Shown here: positions 45,267 to 56,600 of the stretch, in pieces
Layout of the letters: each line of letters opens with the position of its first letter
Numbering within the stretch: position 1 is the first letter of the stretch
Source of the DNA: an uncultured bacterium
Lineage (GTDB): Bacteria; Patescibacteriota; Gracilibacteria; Absconditabacterales; Absconditicoccaceae
Direction: 5' to 3'
Length of the DNA stretch: 64,000 nt
Assembly: GCA_963535415.1 (NCBI GenBank)
Contig: CAUSVV010000002.1
Location: forward strand, 100,688 to 164,687
Translations under genes and position numbers: made by a program
The notes under the pieces: generated by a model
Told to the model about the DNA's origin: nothing
Seen by the model: the letters and a program-made list of their open reading frames with translations, nothing else
The model's database searches: none

Positions 45267-48200
45267 TTATAAAAGCTCTTTTGTCAGCCAATCAGCTAAC
45301 TTTTGCACCATTGTATCATCTTTTAAGGCGCCACACTTTGCTTCTAAATCTGATCTCTTCACGAGTGTTGTTCCATCAATAACGAGCGTCGGCTGAAATC
45401 TAAACTTCAAAATCTCCAAACTTGTAAAATCAGTCTTAAATTCAACCTTTTGCCCACGATATTTCGACACACATCGATTTCTCAAGTTCGCTAGCCAAAG
45501 CATTTCATGTAAAGAAAGCTCCAAAGATAAACCTGACAATATAAAGTTATCAGCCTTTTGTTCAAATTTTACCTTATGACCTCGACTTTTAATCTCTGAA
45601 CTCTTTGGTAGATACTCGATATTTCATCTTTTCCCCTGCCAAACGACAGTATCTTTCTGATTTTCAATCTGATTTTGCAAACCTCCAAGTCCTCCAATAA
45701 CCGCTTCCTCAGGCTGAGAAAGTGTTTTAATTTCATAGGTGCACTGAGGGATTTTTGTATCATCAATATACGAAACTACCTCAAGAGAAGAGATCTGCTC
45801 CTGAATACGCTTATCAATTTGAGCGAAAAGTCACTGATTCAGATTCATTTTAGTAATATTCATCTTCGTAGTTCAAATATTTCTCAGCATCCATCACTCC
45901 AAGATCTTTTCAATCACAAGATTTGAAGCACGCAAAGCCAACTTATGTTCCTCAGATTTATCAGACGCCCAAAGTGATTTAAGCGACTTCTCTTCTCCAT
46001 TGATCTTAAGTTTAAGACTTTCTAACTTCTTCACATAGAACTCTTTAATTGGTTGCTGATCTAACGGAGAATCCTTTTCTAAACTCAGATTTCCTTCTTT
46101 ATCAAAAATATTCTGTTGACCAAGCCTAACTGCTTCTTGAAAACTTCCAAAATCATCAATATCATTAGTCAACTTAAACTGACTCACTCTCAAAAGTAAA
46201 CCTTTATATAAATTTTCAAAATACTGAGCATATTCCTCTGATTGCCTCAATGTCAAAGACGCCGCAGTTCACGGAGCATACACCAATAGATTTGCCTTAA
46301 CTTGCTCTCGATCTTTATATTTCTGACTGATGATAAGCTCAAGTTCCCTCGGCAAATCTAAATCATCCTCAAAGCCAAAGCTTCCATCGATTCCCCTCAA
46401 GTCCTCTAACTTTTTATGAGCCAGCTCCACGCGATCAATACATTTCTGCTGTTCAGGACTATATTTTGTCCTATCAGATACTAGATATTGCTTCTCAACT
46501 CCAGCAAAAGCATCTAACCCTCCTATTTCTGAACTCATCGAACAAATCTTCATTTTCCCCGCGTCCCAAGTGAAAAACTTTCTCTGCAGATCACCAAGTC
46601 CAGCTCTTTTCGCCTCAATAATCAGATAATACGGCAATTCCAAATACTCTCCATTAGAAGCATAATTTTTAACAAAAGTAGAAATCTGATTTTTGACCTT
46701 TGTTTGCTCCTCTAAAGTTTTGACCATAAGCTCCTCAGTCAAAATCTCTCTAAGCACTTTCTCAAACTCTTGTTGTAAATAAGGATCAATCGCCTCAGTC
46801 TTGGTATCAATATTTGAGCCACGAATAGCACTAATCAAGCGATCAACCAATCCAGGCACATCCGCTGATTTTATTTCCTTGGGAAGCTGCTGCGATAATG
46901 CACGATCTATCAGCCAATCTCTATTGATCTTCCACTCACTAGTATAGTAAATACCATGAACTCCTCACTTATCCTCTGAAAAGAAAGCCATCAACTCCTC
47001 TGCTGAATTCGCTCCCTCATAGCCATAAAGTCTCTTTGCCAGTTGATACTTTACATTTTGACTTACATCATCAGAATACTCTAAATCTGAATTCCTCTCT
47101 TTAGCAAACTGAACAATATCAACTAATTCGTCCTTATTCAAAGTTTGAAACTGTAATTTCTGCTCATCAAAACCATTTTCAATCAACTTTTCAAGCATAG
47201 CCATATTTCTATTAGTATCCTGAGGAGAAAAGTGTGATACTTCCTCACTTCTCTGCTCAAGACTGAGCCATTCCCTATATTTTTTGATCAACTGTAAATT
47301 CTGACTATACTCAGGAGAATCTCCCTCTGCCATCAAAGAATCAAAATCAGTAACCGAAATAAGCTCCTCAAAAAGAAAACGATTATTCTTTCTCAAATCC
47401 TCAAGCTTTTTAACTTTTTCTCTCGGAAAGTCTGCAAAAAATTCTGATTTAAACTGTGCTAGATTCTTGGCATAATCAAGGTTCTCATCCCATTTTTTAG
47501 CTTCAAACATCTTCAAGTATCCAGCAGACTCTGCAACTAGATCAATCAAACCTGAGGTACCTGCTCAGCTTTTTAGCTTATTCATCAGATTCGGATTTTT
47601 AAACTGCTCAGTTAAATATTTAGTCCTAACAGCAATTTTCTCCTTAACTTTTTTCAAAGAAGTAGTAAACGCCTCAGCTTGCTCTGGGGACAAATCTTTC
47701 AAAAAATCTGACTCAGATTTCCTAGAAGCGATATAATAATGAAGCATCTCATCTGTACTATCTCTCATCTCTTCAATAAAAAGGAGCGAATACAGAGCTT
47801 CATCCAGGTTTTTAGATTTTACATTATCTGCAGGAGCACCAATTTTCTCATTCCAAGACTGGTTTCAAAACTTTTGAGTATGTAAACCTTGCAAAACTGC
47901 TTGCCTAAGCTCAGCTCTACTCTGCCTCAAGAAATCCTCTCTATTCTGCAGATAAAAATCATGCGTATCAAAATACAAGGCATCAGCTCCAATACTCACA
48001 GCCGCAGTCACTGCTCAAACCGCAAGTCAAACAACCACTCCAGGAGCACCACCTACAGCTCCAATCCCACCGCAAATAATAATTGCCTCTATCGCAAAAG
48101 AAGAAAGTCAAACCGCAAGCTGGAAGTTTGCCTGATTTTTCTTGTTTTCTGCCCTTGTTTGATTAACCTTTGCGATCAATTCCGCTTCATCCATCGTCTC

Positions 48201-49313
48201 AAGGTAAGTCCACACATCTAGCCCAAGACATGCCACATCAATCATCATAGCAGCTTTCAAACTTTTTGCCCACTGTGTTAATTTTTTACCTTTTGAGAGG
48301 ACATTACTCATCGCTCGGAACTCCTGCGCATCCTTAGCGGATGCTAAAAGCTTCAGGACATCATCGCTGAGTTCCATATCAACTTTTTTCAATTTCATAA
48401 TCTCGCGAATCTCTGCAGGCGTTTTTCCAATCAATTCATCTGCATATGGAGTAAGCTTTGAAAATTGTCTAGGATGCATGCCAGCAGCAGTCAATAACTC
48501 ATCTGGGATCTGTCCTTTAAGACTATTCCACTGTTTAAACGCCACAAGTCCCTCATCATCCAAAGATTCAAATCCTGAACTCATCTTTTGAATCGTTTTA
48601 TCAATATTTTTGATTTGTCTTTTACTCAAACGAGAACTCAATGCTTTTTTCTCATTTTCCAAATTCTCAATAAGATCATGCATTCCAGATTTCATCTTCG
48701 CTGCATCAATATTATTCAGATTGCGAGCCTCAGCCTGCTTAATCAACCTATCCACAGTCTCAATTCCCCCAACTCCAAGTAGTGAAGTTCAAGCTCCATA
48801 CCCAATATTATGCCAAGAATTTCCTAAAGTATTTGTAGAACTCTCAGGGGAGCTTCCACTAGTCTGCCCCTCTAGACCTACACCTGAAGACGTACTTCAA
48901 GAATGTTGATCTGTGGAAGATGAAGCAGAATGTGAACTTCAAGAAGAATTAGAATTCTGATCTATACTTTCTGTCCCATCAGCTACAGGAGCTTCTCAGA
49001 GAATTTCAGCTTTAAGTCTAGAAAGTTCCTCTTGAGTATTTCTTTTTTCAATCTCTATTCTTTTTGCTTTCATAAATTCGAAAATCTCTTTTGCAGTCGA
49101 AGGCGCTACAAAATCAATAATATATCTCCACCAACCAAACTCCTTTGCCTCATCAAAGTGCTTTGGTAGCTCAGTTTTCCCAACGATAATATCCTTCACT
49201 TTGCTCTCAATAGGCAAAAGTGCTATTGATTTAAACCATCAAAGCTCTTTTTTGAAATCCTCAAGATAATACCCGGAAATTTCCTGTTTAAGTGTTTCTA
49301 CCTGAGTTGACAT
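45267..49313 (-). CDS. Giant orphan protein C (1348 aa): helical, with a Ser/Gly linker and a Gly-zipper-like TM segment
   Basis: Track ORFs 48996-49217, 48108-48755, 47565-47768, 46965-47549, 46269-46859, 45894-46256 and 45267-45539 all lie in one frame. I checked every junction triplet by triplet and found only TGA between them. Confidence 0.75.
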
Positions 49314-49341
49314 AAGACTTTTTTTATTTCATTACATAAAA

Positions 49342-50580
49342 CTAGCTAATCTTAGCTGCAAACTTAAAGAGAGATTTTACACAAGTTACAAACTCATCAG
49401 CATTTTTTATTGCCTTTTTAAATCCATCAGCTTTAATAGTTTTGAAAGTTTTAATCAAACTATCTAATTCTGAATCCAGCACTCAACCAACTTTCTTATT
49501 GAGCAGTTTTGATAATTCATCAACATCAAGATTTTTCAAAATATCATCAAAATTAGAAACCAGTTTATTTCAATTAGCATCTACCGCATCCTGAAGACGA
49601 GAAAGAGTTTTTAACTTTTTGATCGCTGCAAGAGAAAGCCCAGCATCTTGAAATGGTCAAAACATATCTAAAACATCAACTATTTGAGCAACTTCTGAAG
49701 TCGTTTTTCAAGACAACATATCTAAAAATTCATCACAAGAATCAAGTTGTTGCTTGATCTTTAGCTTTCCAGCATCTGAACTAGCTTTTTCTAACTGTTT
49801 TGATAATGAAACTTTTGAATTAAGAGTTCTTTGGACAAGTCCCTTATACTCAGGACTATCCAAGAGCTGCTGAATACCCTTAAAATCAACAGGCAATCCC
49901 TTATTGAATTTATCAACTCCGATCTGCAGTGCATCTGGACTTACACCCGTCCTCACTGCCTCTCTAATATCTGAAGAATGATCAAAGTATTTTACAAGAT
50001 CATCATACAGATTTCTATGATTATTTCTCAGATCTAAGAGATATTGTTGCCCGTTCTTTCTTGTTACATAGGTATCAAAAATCTTAGCAAGATAGTCCTC
50101 TTTCTTGGTATCTTTGGATATATTAAACATCTTGAGCCACTCTTCTCTTTTATTTACATCCATAAATGGTGCATGGCTCTTTCTACTCAAAATACGCTCA
50201 ACTTTTTCAAGAGAAATATCTCAGTTATCAAGTGCCGTAAGCAATTTTTCTTGTCCAAGTTCACCTCTAAAGAAAAGATTTGACTGTACCCAGCTTGGAG
50301 ACCCATAGATCATTTTATTTCTGAGTCTGCTTCCAATCGCAGTTTTGTCCATCAACTTATTCATCACAAAAAGCGGTACTGTCAACGGAGCACCCGCTGT
50401 TTTAAGTCCAAAAATCACAGTTTTATTGCTCCTCATAAGCACTCCTGCAGCACTAATCACAATTCCAGTTCCCAAAAGCGAACCCATAAAAGTAGAAAAA
50501 CCTGACAAATATTCTCAGTTATACACTTGTTTGAGACTCTTTCATAAATTCTTTATCGATCCAAGCAAAAATCCTGGCAC
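49342..50580 (-). CDS. Orphan protein B (~412 aa) with an N-terminal hydrophobic segment
   Basis: Track ORFs 50221-50508 and 49708-50190 share a frame, extended to TAG 49342. Start uncertain: GTG 50580 (adjacent to the stop of A), TTG 50508, or an internal ATG. Confidence 0.65.
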
Positions 50581-52518
50581 TCTATAGATAATATTTCAGT
50601 TCTCATCGATATCTTTTTGGATAGTCATCTGTCCGAGGAAACATTCCTTTTTGAGTGCTAAAAGATCATTCATCACCTGAGCAGTAGCTTTAAGCTCCTC
50701 TGTAGGAATTTCCTCTCAATTCGCCAAACGCTGCTTTTGTTGTTCGAGAAAAGTCTGAGAACCACGGAGTATCTCATGAAGACCAGATTTTTCAATATAT
50801 TCTCTTAAACATGCATTATCTGTTGCAAATAGATCTCCATACATATTTAATACACTCTCCTCAACAGCATCAATCAATTCTTCATCAATATCTTTCGCAA
50901 CATTTTCACATGCCGATTGAAGGTTCTTTTTCTCATCCTGAGTGAATGCTTCTCCAGACTTTTTATTATATGCTACTTGCAAAATATCCGACTTTCCACT
51001 CTGAGCATCCAAGAGCTCATCTCTTCTCTGATCAAGTTTCTGAATCTCATCTTTAAGATCTTGTGAAACATCTGCTGAATCAAGCCCACATTTTTTGAGA
51101 ATATTCATCGCACTAGCAATTGGAGCATCCACAAATGCCTGATAATCAGGATCCTTTGCAATATACTTCTCAAAATTGTCACTATCAGATAGAAGCTCTT
51201 TCTTAGAAATATTAAGGGTCTTAGATTTTTTCTGCGCGATAGCATCAGCAAGCTGATCCTTCTTTTCAAAAAGGAAAGTCTGAACTCTGATCCCTTGCCT
51301 AAAAAAATACTTTAATTCATTTTGGGCCTCCTCACTATTCTCTCACCAGGCCTTAATCTTATCTACGATTGATCCTTCAATATTTTCAACCAATTTCCAA
51401 GACGGCAACTTACTAAAAAATGATTCCACTAGAACAGCAAGTTTCTCGGTACTCCAGCTAAGAATATGATTCTTCATCTTAGCAAATCCCTCTCCTAACA
51501 AGCTCTTAAATGAACTATTTTGCTCCAAAATAGCTGCAACACTTCCATATTGATTATCCAGACAAAAAGGGATGATTCACTTATAATTTTTAGCATCAGG
51601 ATTAGATTTTTTCATTTCATTAGAGATTCTCTGCATTTCTAGCTCATCCTGATATCCAGCATCAAGTTCCTTTTGATAAAAAGTTGAATATAAAACATCG
51701 ATATTCTCTCCAATGGTCTCATAATTTTCAGCCTTTTCCTTATTTTCTGGATTAGAGTGAAACTTATTATATCCATTGTATTTATCACCTCATGACGCTT
51801 CTTTTCATGGTTCAGGATCACCATTAAACCAGTTCCAGAGCTTACTAATCCCCCAAATTGAACCAACAGTTATTCCTCCCCATTTTAGAGCCTTTCAAAA
51901 CCAGCTATTCCAAAATCAGCCTTTTTTCTCTTTTTTTGATTTTGATTCTTCTTTGGTATTTTCCTCCTTTTCTTCCTCCTCATCACTACCAAAGAGCCAC
52001 TTAACGCCCTTATACACAAGTGCAACAGCACCAACTCCTGTAGCTACAAAACCAGCAGTACGAAGAATATTTTTCCCAGGTTCTTTACTCCAAGTTTCCT
52101 TACTACGCACCGCATCTCGCTGCTCTCCAGTAAAATGCTTGAGAGATGCCCAACTTCACTCCTCTTTTTTCTGAGTTAATGTTTTATCTTTCCCATTATC
52201 TGGATTCATAGTCCTAGAATCCTGGTCCGCTTGATCTTTCCCTTGAGAAACCACATCTTCTAGTTTTCAAAGCTCTTTTGAAAAATCAGAAACCTTAGAT
52301 TGCACCTCTGCAATCTTCTCTTTTACATTTTGATCTTTCTCCCTCTCAAACTGAACTTTTGCCAGCTCCTGAACAACCTGAATAGATTGGTAAAGTTCAA
52401 GCTTTTTCTGAGCCTTTTCCTTACTTTCTGTCAGTTTTTTTAAAGCATCAAGATCCGCCTTGATCTTATCAGTCTCAGACTGCAAACTCTTTAAAACATC
52501 AATAGAATTTTGAACCAT
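50581..52518 (-). CDS. Orphan protein A (645 aa): coiled-coil-like with a TM segment and a Trp/Gly-rich patch
   Basis: Track ORFs 52267-52617, 51916-52110, 51343-51528 and 50716-51132 share one frame, joined through TGA (checked triplet by triplet), ending at TAG 50581. ATG 52518 (MVQNSIDVL) is preferred over the upstream Phe/Cys-rich extension. Confidence 0.65.
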
Positions 52519-52743
52519 AACTACAAAAATACAAATAAAATTTTCCATATAAGTATACATAAAAGTACAAAAAAAATAAAATTCTGACTTCTGTTTCTCT
52601 TGTTTATAGCTTGACATTTTTATTTTTTATGATTAGAGCATTATAATTGACTTGCAATCTCTCCTGAGAAAAAATATACTTAGAGTCAGTTTTGAACAAA
52701 AAAACTCAAGAAAACTCTTGTGCTTTAATTCCCCTCAGGAAAA

Positions 52744-53832
52744 ATGTCAACATTAGCAAACATAATCTGAATTCTAACCTATTCCTTGATCAGTATTGGA
52801 CTAGCTATGCTGCTCTATCCACTGTATATCAAGCTCCTTAGAAAACTCAAAGCAGGAAAAACTATCCGTGAAAACAACGCCACTGGAGAAAAATCCGAAA
52901 TATTTGCAAAACTCCACTCTCACAAAGCAGGAACTCCAACGATGGGATGAGGACTCTTCATGGTGATTATGCTAATCATGATCTGACTTTCCTTTATCCT
53001 ACAAAAAAAAGGAATCATCACCTACTCACTGCGAAATAGCAAAGAAACCTATATTATTCTCTTCGGTTTTTTTAGCATGTGATTGATTGGACTAGTTGAT
53101 GACTGGCTTAATATCAAAAACTTCTGAAAGATCAAGTGATTAAGCGCAAAGGCAAAAATGACAGGGATGATCCTCTTTTCAGCCTTCATCTCCTATTGGT
53201 TTTATGTAAAACTAGGTATCGACTATATCAATCTACGACCCCTTTGATGAAAAATAGAAATCTGAATCTTCTTCCCAATTTTAACCTTCCTCACAACAAT
53301 TGGAATCGTTAATGCCATCAACATCACAGATGGGCTTGATGGACTAGCTGGTGGACTCATCATCATCGTCCTTTGATGCCTTGGTATCTCAACCTTCCTC
53401 AATGGAACCTATATCGCGACGACAATTATCTCAATTCTCATTTCAGTTTTAGTAGCTTTCCTCTTCTACAATATCAATCCAGCAAAAGTCTTTATGGGTG
53501 ATAGCTGAGCTTTCGCACTAGGAGGAATTGTTGCATCACTTCTCTACCTGCTCAATATGAGATTTTGAATCATTATCCCCTTCATCATAATTTTCTGAGT
53601 TTTCATCTTAGAATTCCTCTCAAGCGGGCTCCAAATCTTCTGGAAAAAAATCCTCAAAAGAAAGCTCTTCGCAGTAGCACCTTTTCATCATCTGCTTGAA
53701 TACAAAGGAATGCAAGAGTCTACAATCGTAATGAAAATCTGGCTCATCCAAGCGATCCTAGGTATTATCTGAGTTATTTTCATCCTTGTGCAGTACTTAA
53801 CTCTTAAACATCCTATCATCTATATTTCTTAG
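52744..53832 (+). CDS. mraY: Phospho-N-acetylmuramoyl-pentapeptide transferase MraY
   Basis: NAINITDGLDGLAGG, VFMGDSGAFALGG, and APFHHLLE. About 15 in-frame TGA, so it is absent from the track. Confidence 0.9.
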
Positions 53833-53856
53833 ATACTAATCAAAAAGCTCAATTAC

Positions 53857-53886
53857 TGTCCTATGAGTTACATAGGACTTTTTTTT
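53857..53886 (+). terminator. mraY terminator; inverted copy of 54752-54772
   Basis: GTCCTATG-AGTTA-CATAGGAC followed by a T-run. Confidence 0.75.
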
Positions 53887-54040
53887 AATCAAAAAAAATC
53901 TGACTTTATGTTGACTTTTTATAGAAATTACGTATAAGATAAAATATAAATCTAAAGAAAAAATATTTCTTTCAGATTTAGGATCATTAACAAAAATCAC
54001 AATTATTAACAAAAATAAATAAAGTTAAATTTTTACAAAA

Positions 54041-54670
54041 ATGAGAAAAATCATCCAACTCATGACAAACAAAGTGAAGACAGTAGCTTTGTTTCTCGCA
54101 ACCCTTGTAATAGTATCTCTCACAACTTCTTGCCAAAAAGAAGATGTCGAAGATACAAATCAATCTACAGAAAAAAACACCCCTCAAGTCCTATTTTCCC
54201 CACCTCAGGTTTCTATTACAAACCATGTAGAATGGGAAAGTGAATTAGATATGACTAAAACAGAAGAAGGATATCTAACACTCAGGATAAAAATCCCACA
54301 CAAGAAGGCTAACGATGGAAAGATATATGATTTAGAGTATATTGAAGACATCACATTAGCCGGACAATGGGAAATAGTAGGCGATGGAGTCAGTATTAGA
54401 GGTTTAGAAGTACTAACACTTTCTACTGATAAAAATTCTTTTAATATCACACAAGATCATCCAAAACCAGAAGGCTCGTTCATATACCTAGAACGCCAGT
54501 ATGGTCTAAGCAAAAGATTATCTAAAGGATATTGGAAGATAGAAAAACAGTGGATTAGAGGTAAGGTAAAGTATAGAGATACTGCTCCTCTAGACTTAAA
54601 TACAAATCCCAAGCCTAAAGAAGAGGTAAAAAAGGAGAAGAAAAAAACTCCGGTCCCAATAAGGGATTAG
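54041..54670 (+). CDS. Lipoprotein (209 aa), unknown function
   Basis: Lipobox LTTSC after a hydrophobic N-terminus. Intact ORF with its own TTGACT..TATAAG promoter at about 53911-53938. Confidence 0.7.
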   Translation: MRKIIQLMTNKVKTVALFLATLVIVSLTTSCQKEDVEDTNQSTEKNTPQVLFSPPQVSITNHVEWESELDMTKTEEGYLTLRIKIPHKKANDGKIYDLEYIEDITLAGQWEIVGDGVSIRGLEVLTLSTDKNSFNITQDHPKPEGSFIYLERQYGLSKRLSKGYWKIEKQWIRGKVKYRDTAPLDLNTNPKPKEEVKKEKKKTPVPIRD

Positions 54671-54751
54671 ATTGATTGGCTACAAAAGTACAAGAGCTCT
54701 ATTTTATTTAATCAATAAGATAGAACTCTTGTACATCTAACAGTTTAAAAT

Positions 54752-54778
54752 GTCCTATGTAACTCATAGGACTTTTTT
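54752..54778 (+). terminator. Lipoprotein gene terminator; exact reverse complement of the mraY terminator hairpin
   Basis: GTCCTATG-TAACT-CATAGGAC followed by a T-run. Confidence 0.75.
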
Positions 54779-54877
54779 CAACCAAAAAAATCTGATTCTT
54801 TCTCCTTGATTTTATATCGCAAATAAATATAAAAGATCAGCATTCCCCTTGAGGAGGAAATTTTTGCGTATGCTCAA

Positions 54878-54949
54878 GCTCTCGTAGTTCAATGGATAGA
54901 ATAGGCCCGTCCTAAGGGTTAGATGTAGGTTCGATTCCTACCGAGAGTA
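54878..54949 (+). tRNA. trnR: tRNA-Arg (anticodon CCT)
   Basis: Acceptor GCTCTCG/CGAGAGT, anticodon loop GTCCTAA, T-arm GTAGG-TTCGATT-CCTAC. Confidence 0.75.
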
Positions 54950-55025
54950 CGTGGACATTCCGAAAAAGGCAATTTGCTTTTGGGTTTGTTCAGAATTCTT
55001 TTTATTTTTATAAGTGGTTTGTTTA

Positions 55026-55277
55026 ATGGCAAAAACACAGGAAAATGTATTTCAGAGACACGAGAGAGATACTGGGTCTCCACAAATGCAAATCGGTCTT
55101 TTATCTGATCAAATCGCAATGTTGCAAGCACATGTTGCAACTAATGCAAAAGATTATGATGCAAAGAGAAGTCTTTTGAAGAAGGTAGCAAAGAGAAGAT
55201 CTTTCTTGAGATACCTTAAGACAAAGGATCTAGATGCTTACACAAAAATCAGTAAAAAAATCTGACTTAAGGTCTAA
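55026..55277 (+). CDS. rpsO: 30S ribosomal protein S15
   Basis: HERDTGSPQMQIGLLSDQI..HVATNAKDYDAKRSLLKKVAKRRSFLRYL. Continues through TGA 55263 for 4 codons to a TAA stop. Confidence 0.9.
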
Positions 55278-55314
55278 TTATTCTTAATTTTATTTATTTA
55301 ATTTTACATCATTA

Positions 55315-56463
55315 ATGGCTAAAAAAGCTACTGCCCCAGCGGCAAGCCAGTTCACAGTTCCTCTTATCAAGGAAGGGCAAAAAGTAAAGTGAACAATCCT
55401 TAAAGAAATTGAAAACGGAGTTCTTGTAAACTGCGAAAATGGAGCATTTACTGGTATCATCCTTTCAAAAGAAGCTAAGGAACTTAAAAGATCACAGTTT
55501 GATCTTAACCCATCTACAGAACTTGAGCTTGAGATTATCAATCCAGCTGTAAGACACGAAGATGGATACTACATCGTTTCAGTAACTAGACTACTCCAAT
55601 ACGACGTATGGAAGTCAGTTATTGCAAAGTTCGAAAAGGATGAAATCATCACTGTTGTTCCTACTGAGGCAAACCTTGGAGGACTTTTGATCGATATGCA
55701 TGGTATCAAGGGATTCATCCCATTGTCTCAACTTGCTCCTATCCACTACCCTAGAGTAGAAGATGGAGATCAAGAAGCTATCTTTGATAAACTTCTTGAA
55801 CTTATCGGACAGGAAATCAAGGTAAGAGTGATCAATATCGATGAAGAAGACAGAAGAATCATCCTTTCTGAAAGAGAAGCTCTCAAAGAAGAAAGAGAAA
55901 AGGTTCTTGCTGAACTTGAAGTTGGAAAGGTATTTGATGGAGTTGTTTCAGGAATCTCTTCATACGGACTTTTCGTGACTATCGGAGGTACTGTTGAAGG
56001 TCTCGTTCACATCTCAGAAATTACTTACGGACACGTAAATGATATTGATAGACTTGGAAAGATCGGAGACAAGATGCAAGTTAAAGTAATTGGTCTTGAA
56101 AACGGAAAGATATCTCTTTCAAGCAAACAGCTCAAAGGAGATCCTTGGTCAGAGCTTCCAAAGAAGTACAAGGTTGGAGATATCATCGAAGGAGAAATCA
56201 TCAGATTTGTACCTTATGGAGTATTCGTGAGAGTATTTGACGATATCAATGGACTCGTTCACCTTAGCGAGCTTTCTCAAAAAGCAGTTAACAATCCAAA
56301 TGAAATCGTAAAACTTGGACAAATTGTAAAGGCTAAGCTTATCCTCATCGATCCTAAAAACAGAAAGATCGGACTTTCAATGAAACACTTGGAAGATAAA
56401 GCTGAAGGAGAAACTACAAAAAAAACTCCTAAAGCAAAAGAAGCTACGGAAGATGCAGAATAA
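55315..56463 (+). CDS. rpsA: 30S ribosomal protein S1 (four S1 domains)
   Basis: Repeated S1 OB-fold motifs (GFIPLSQL, GLVHISEI, GLVHLSEL). Same frame as track ORF 55687-56463. One TGA near the N-terminus. Confidence 0.9.
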
Positions 56464-56483
56464 TTTGTCATTAAATAATGAGG

Positions 56484-56512
56484 AAAACCTGAATCAATCT
56501 CAGGTTTTTTTC
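56484..56512 (+). terminator. rpsA terminator; 27-nt direct repeat of 58687-58713
   Basis: AAAACCTGA-ATCAATC-TCAGGTTTTTT. Confidence 0.8.
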
Positions 56513-56600
56513 TTTTTCTCTAAAATCCTCTCAAAAAGTTGCAAAATAAAAAAATCTAAATATAATCAGCCTTAGCTTTATATTCTATACAAAATAAAAT

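Noticed and set aside
45569-45766. 65-aa minus-strand ORF inside the big operon
   Set aside because: It is in a different frame from the flanking fragments. The frame of gene C is open (TGA only) across this interval when checked codon by codon.
50560-50720. A frameshift that would fuse gene A to gene B through the alternative frame (..KECFLGQMTIQKDIDENGNIIY..)
   Set aside because: That frame runs into TAA shortly after and does not join the B frame. The in-frame TAG followed by GTG is the simpler reading.
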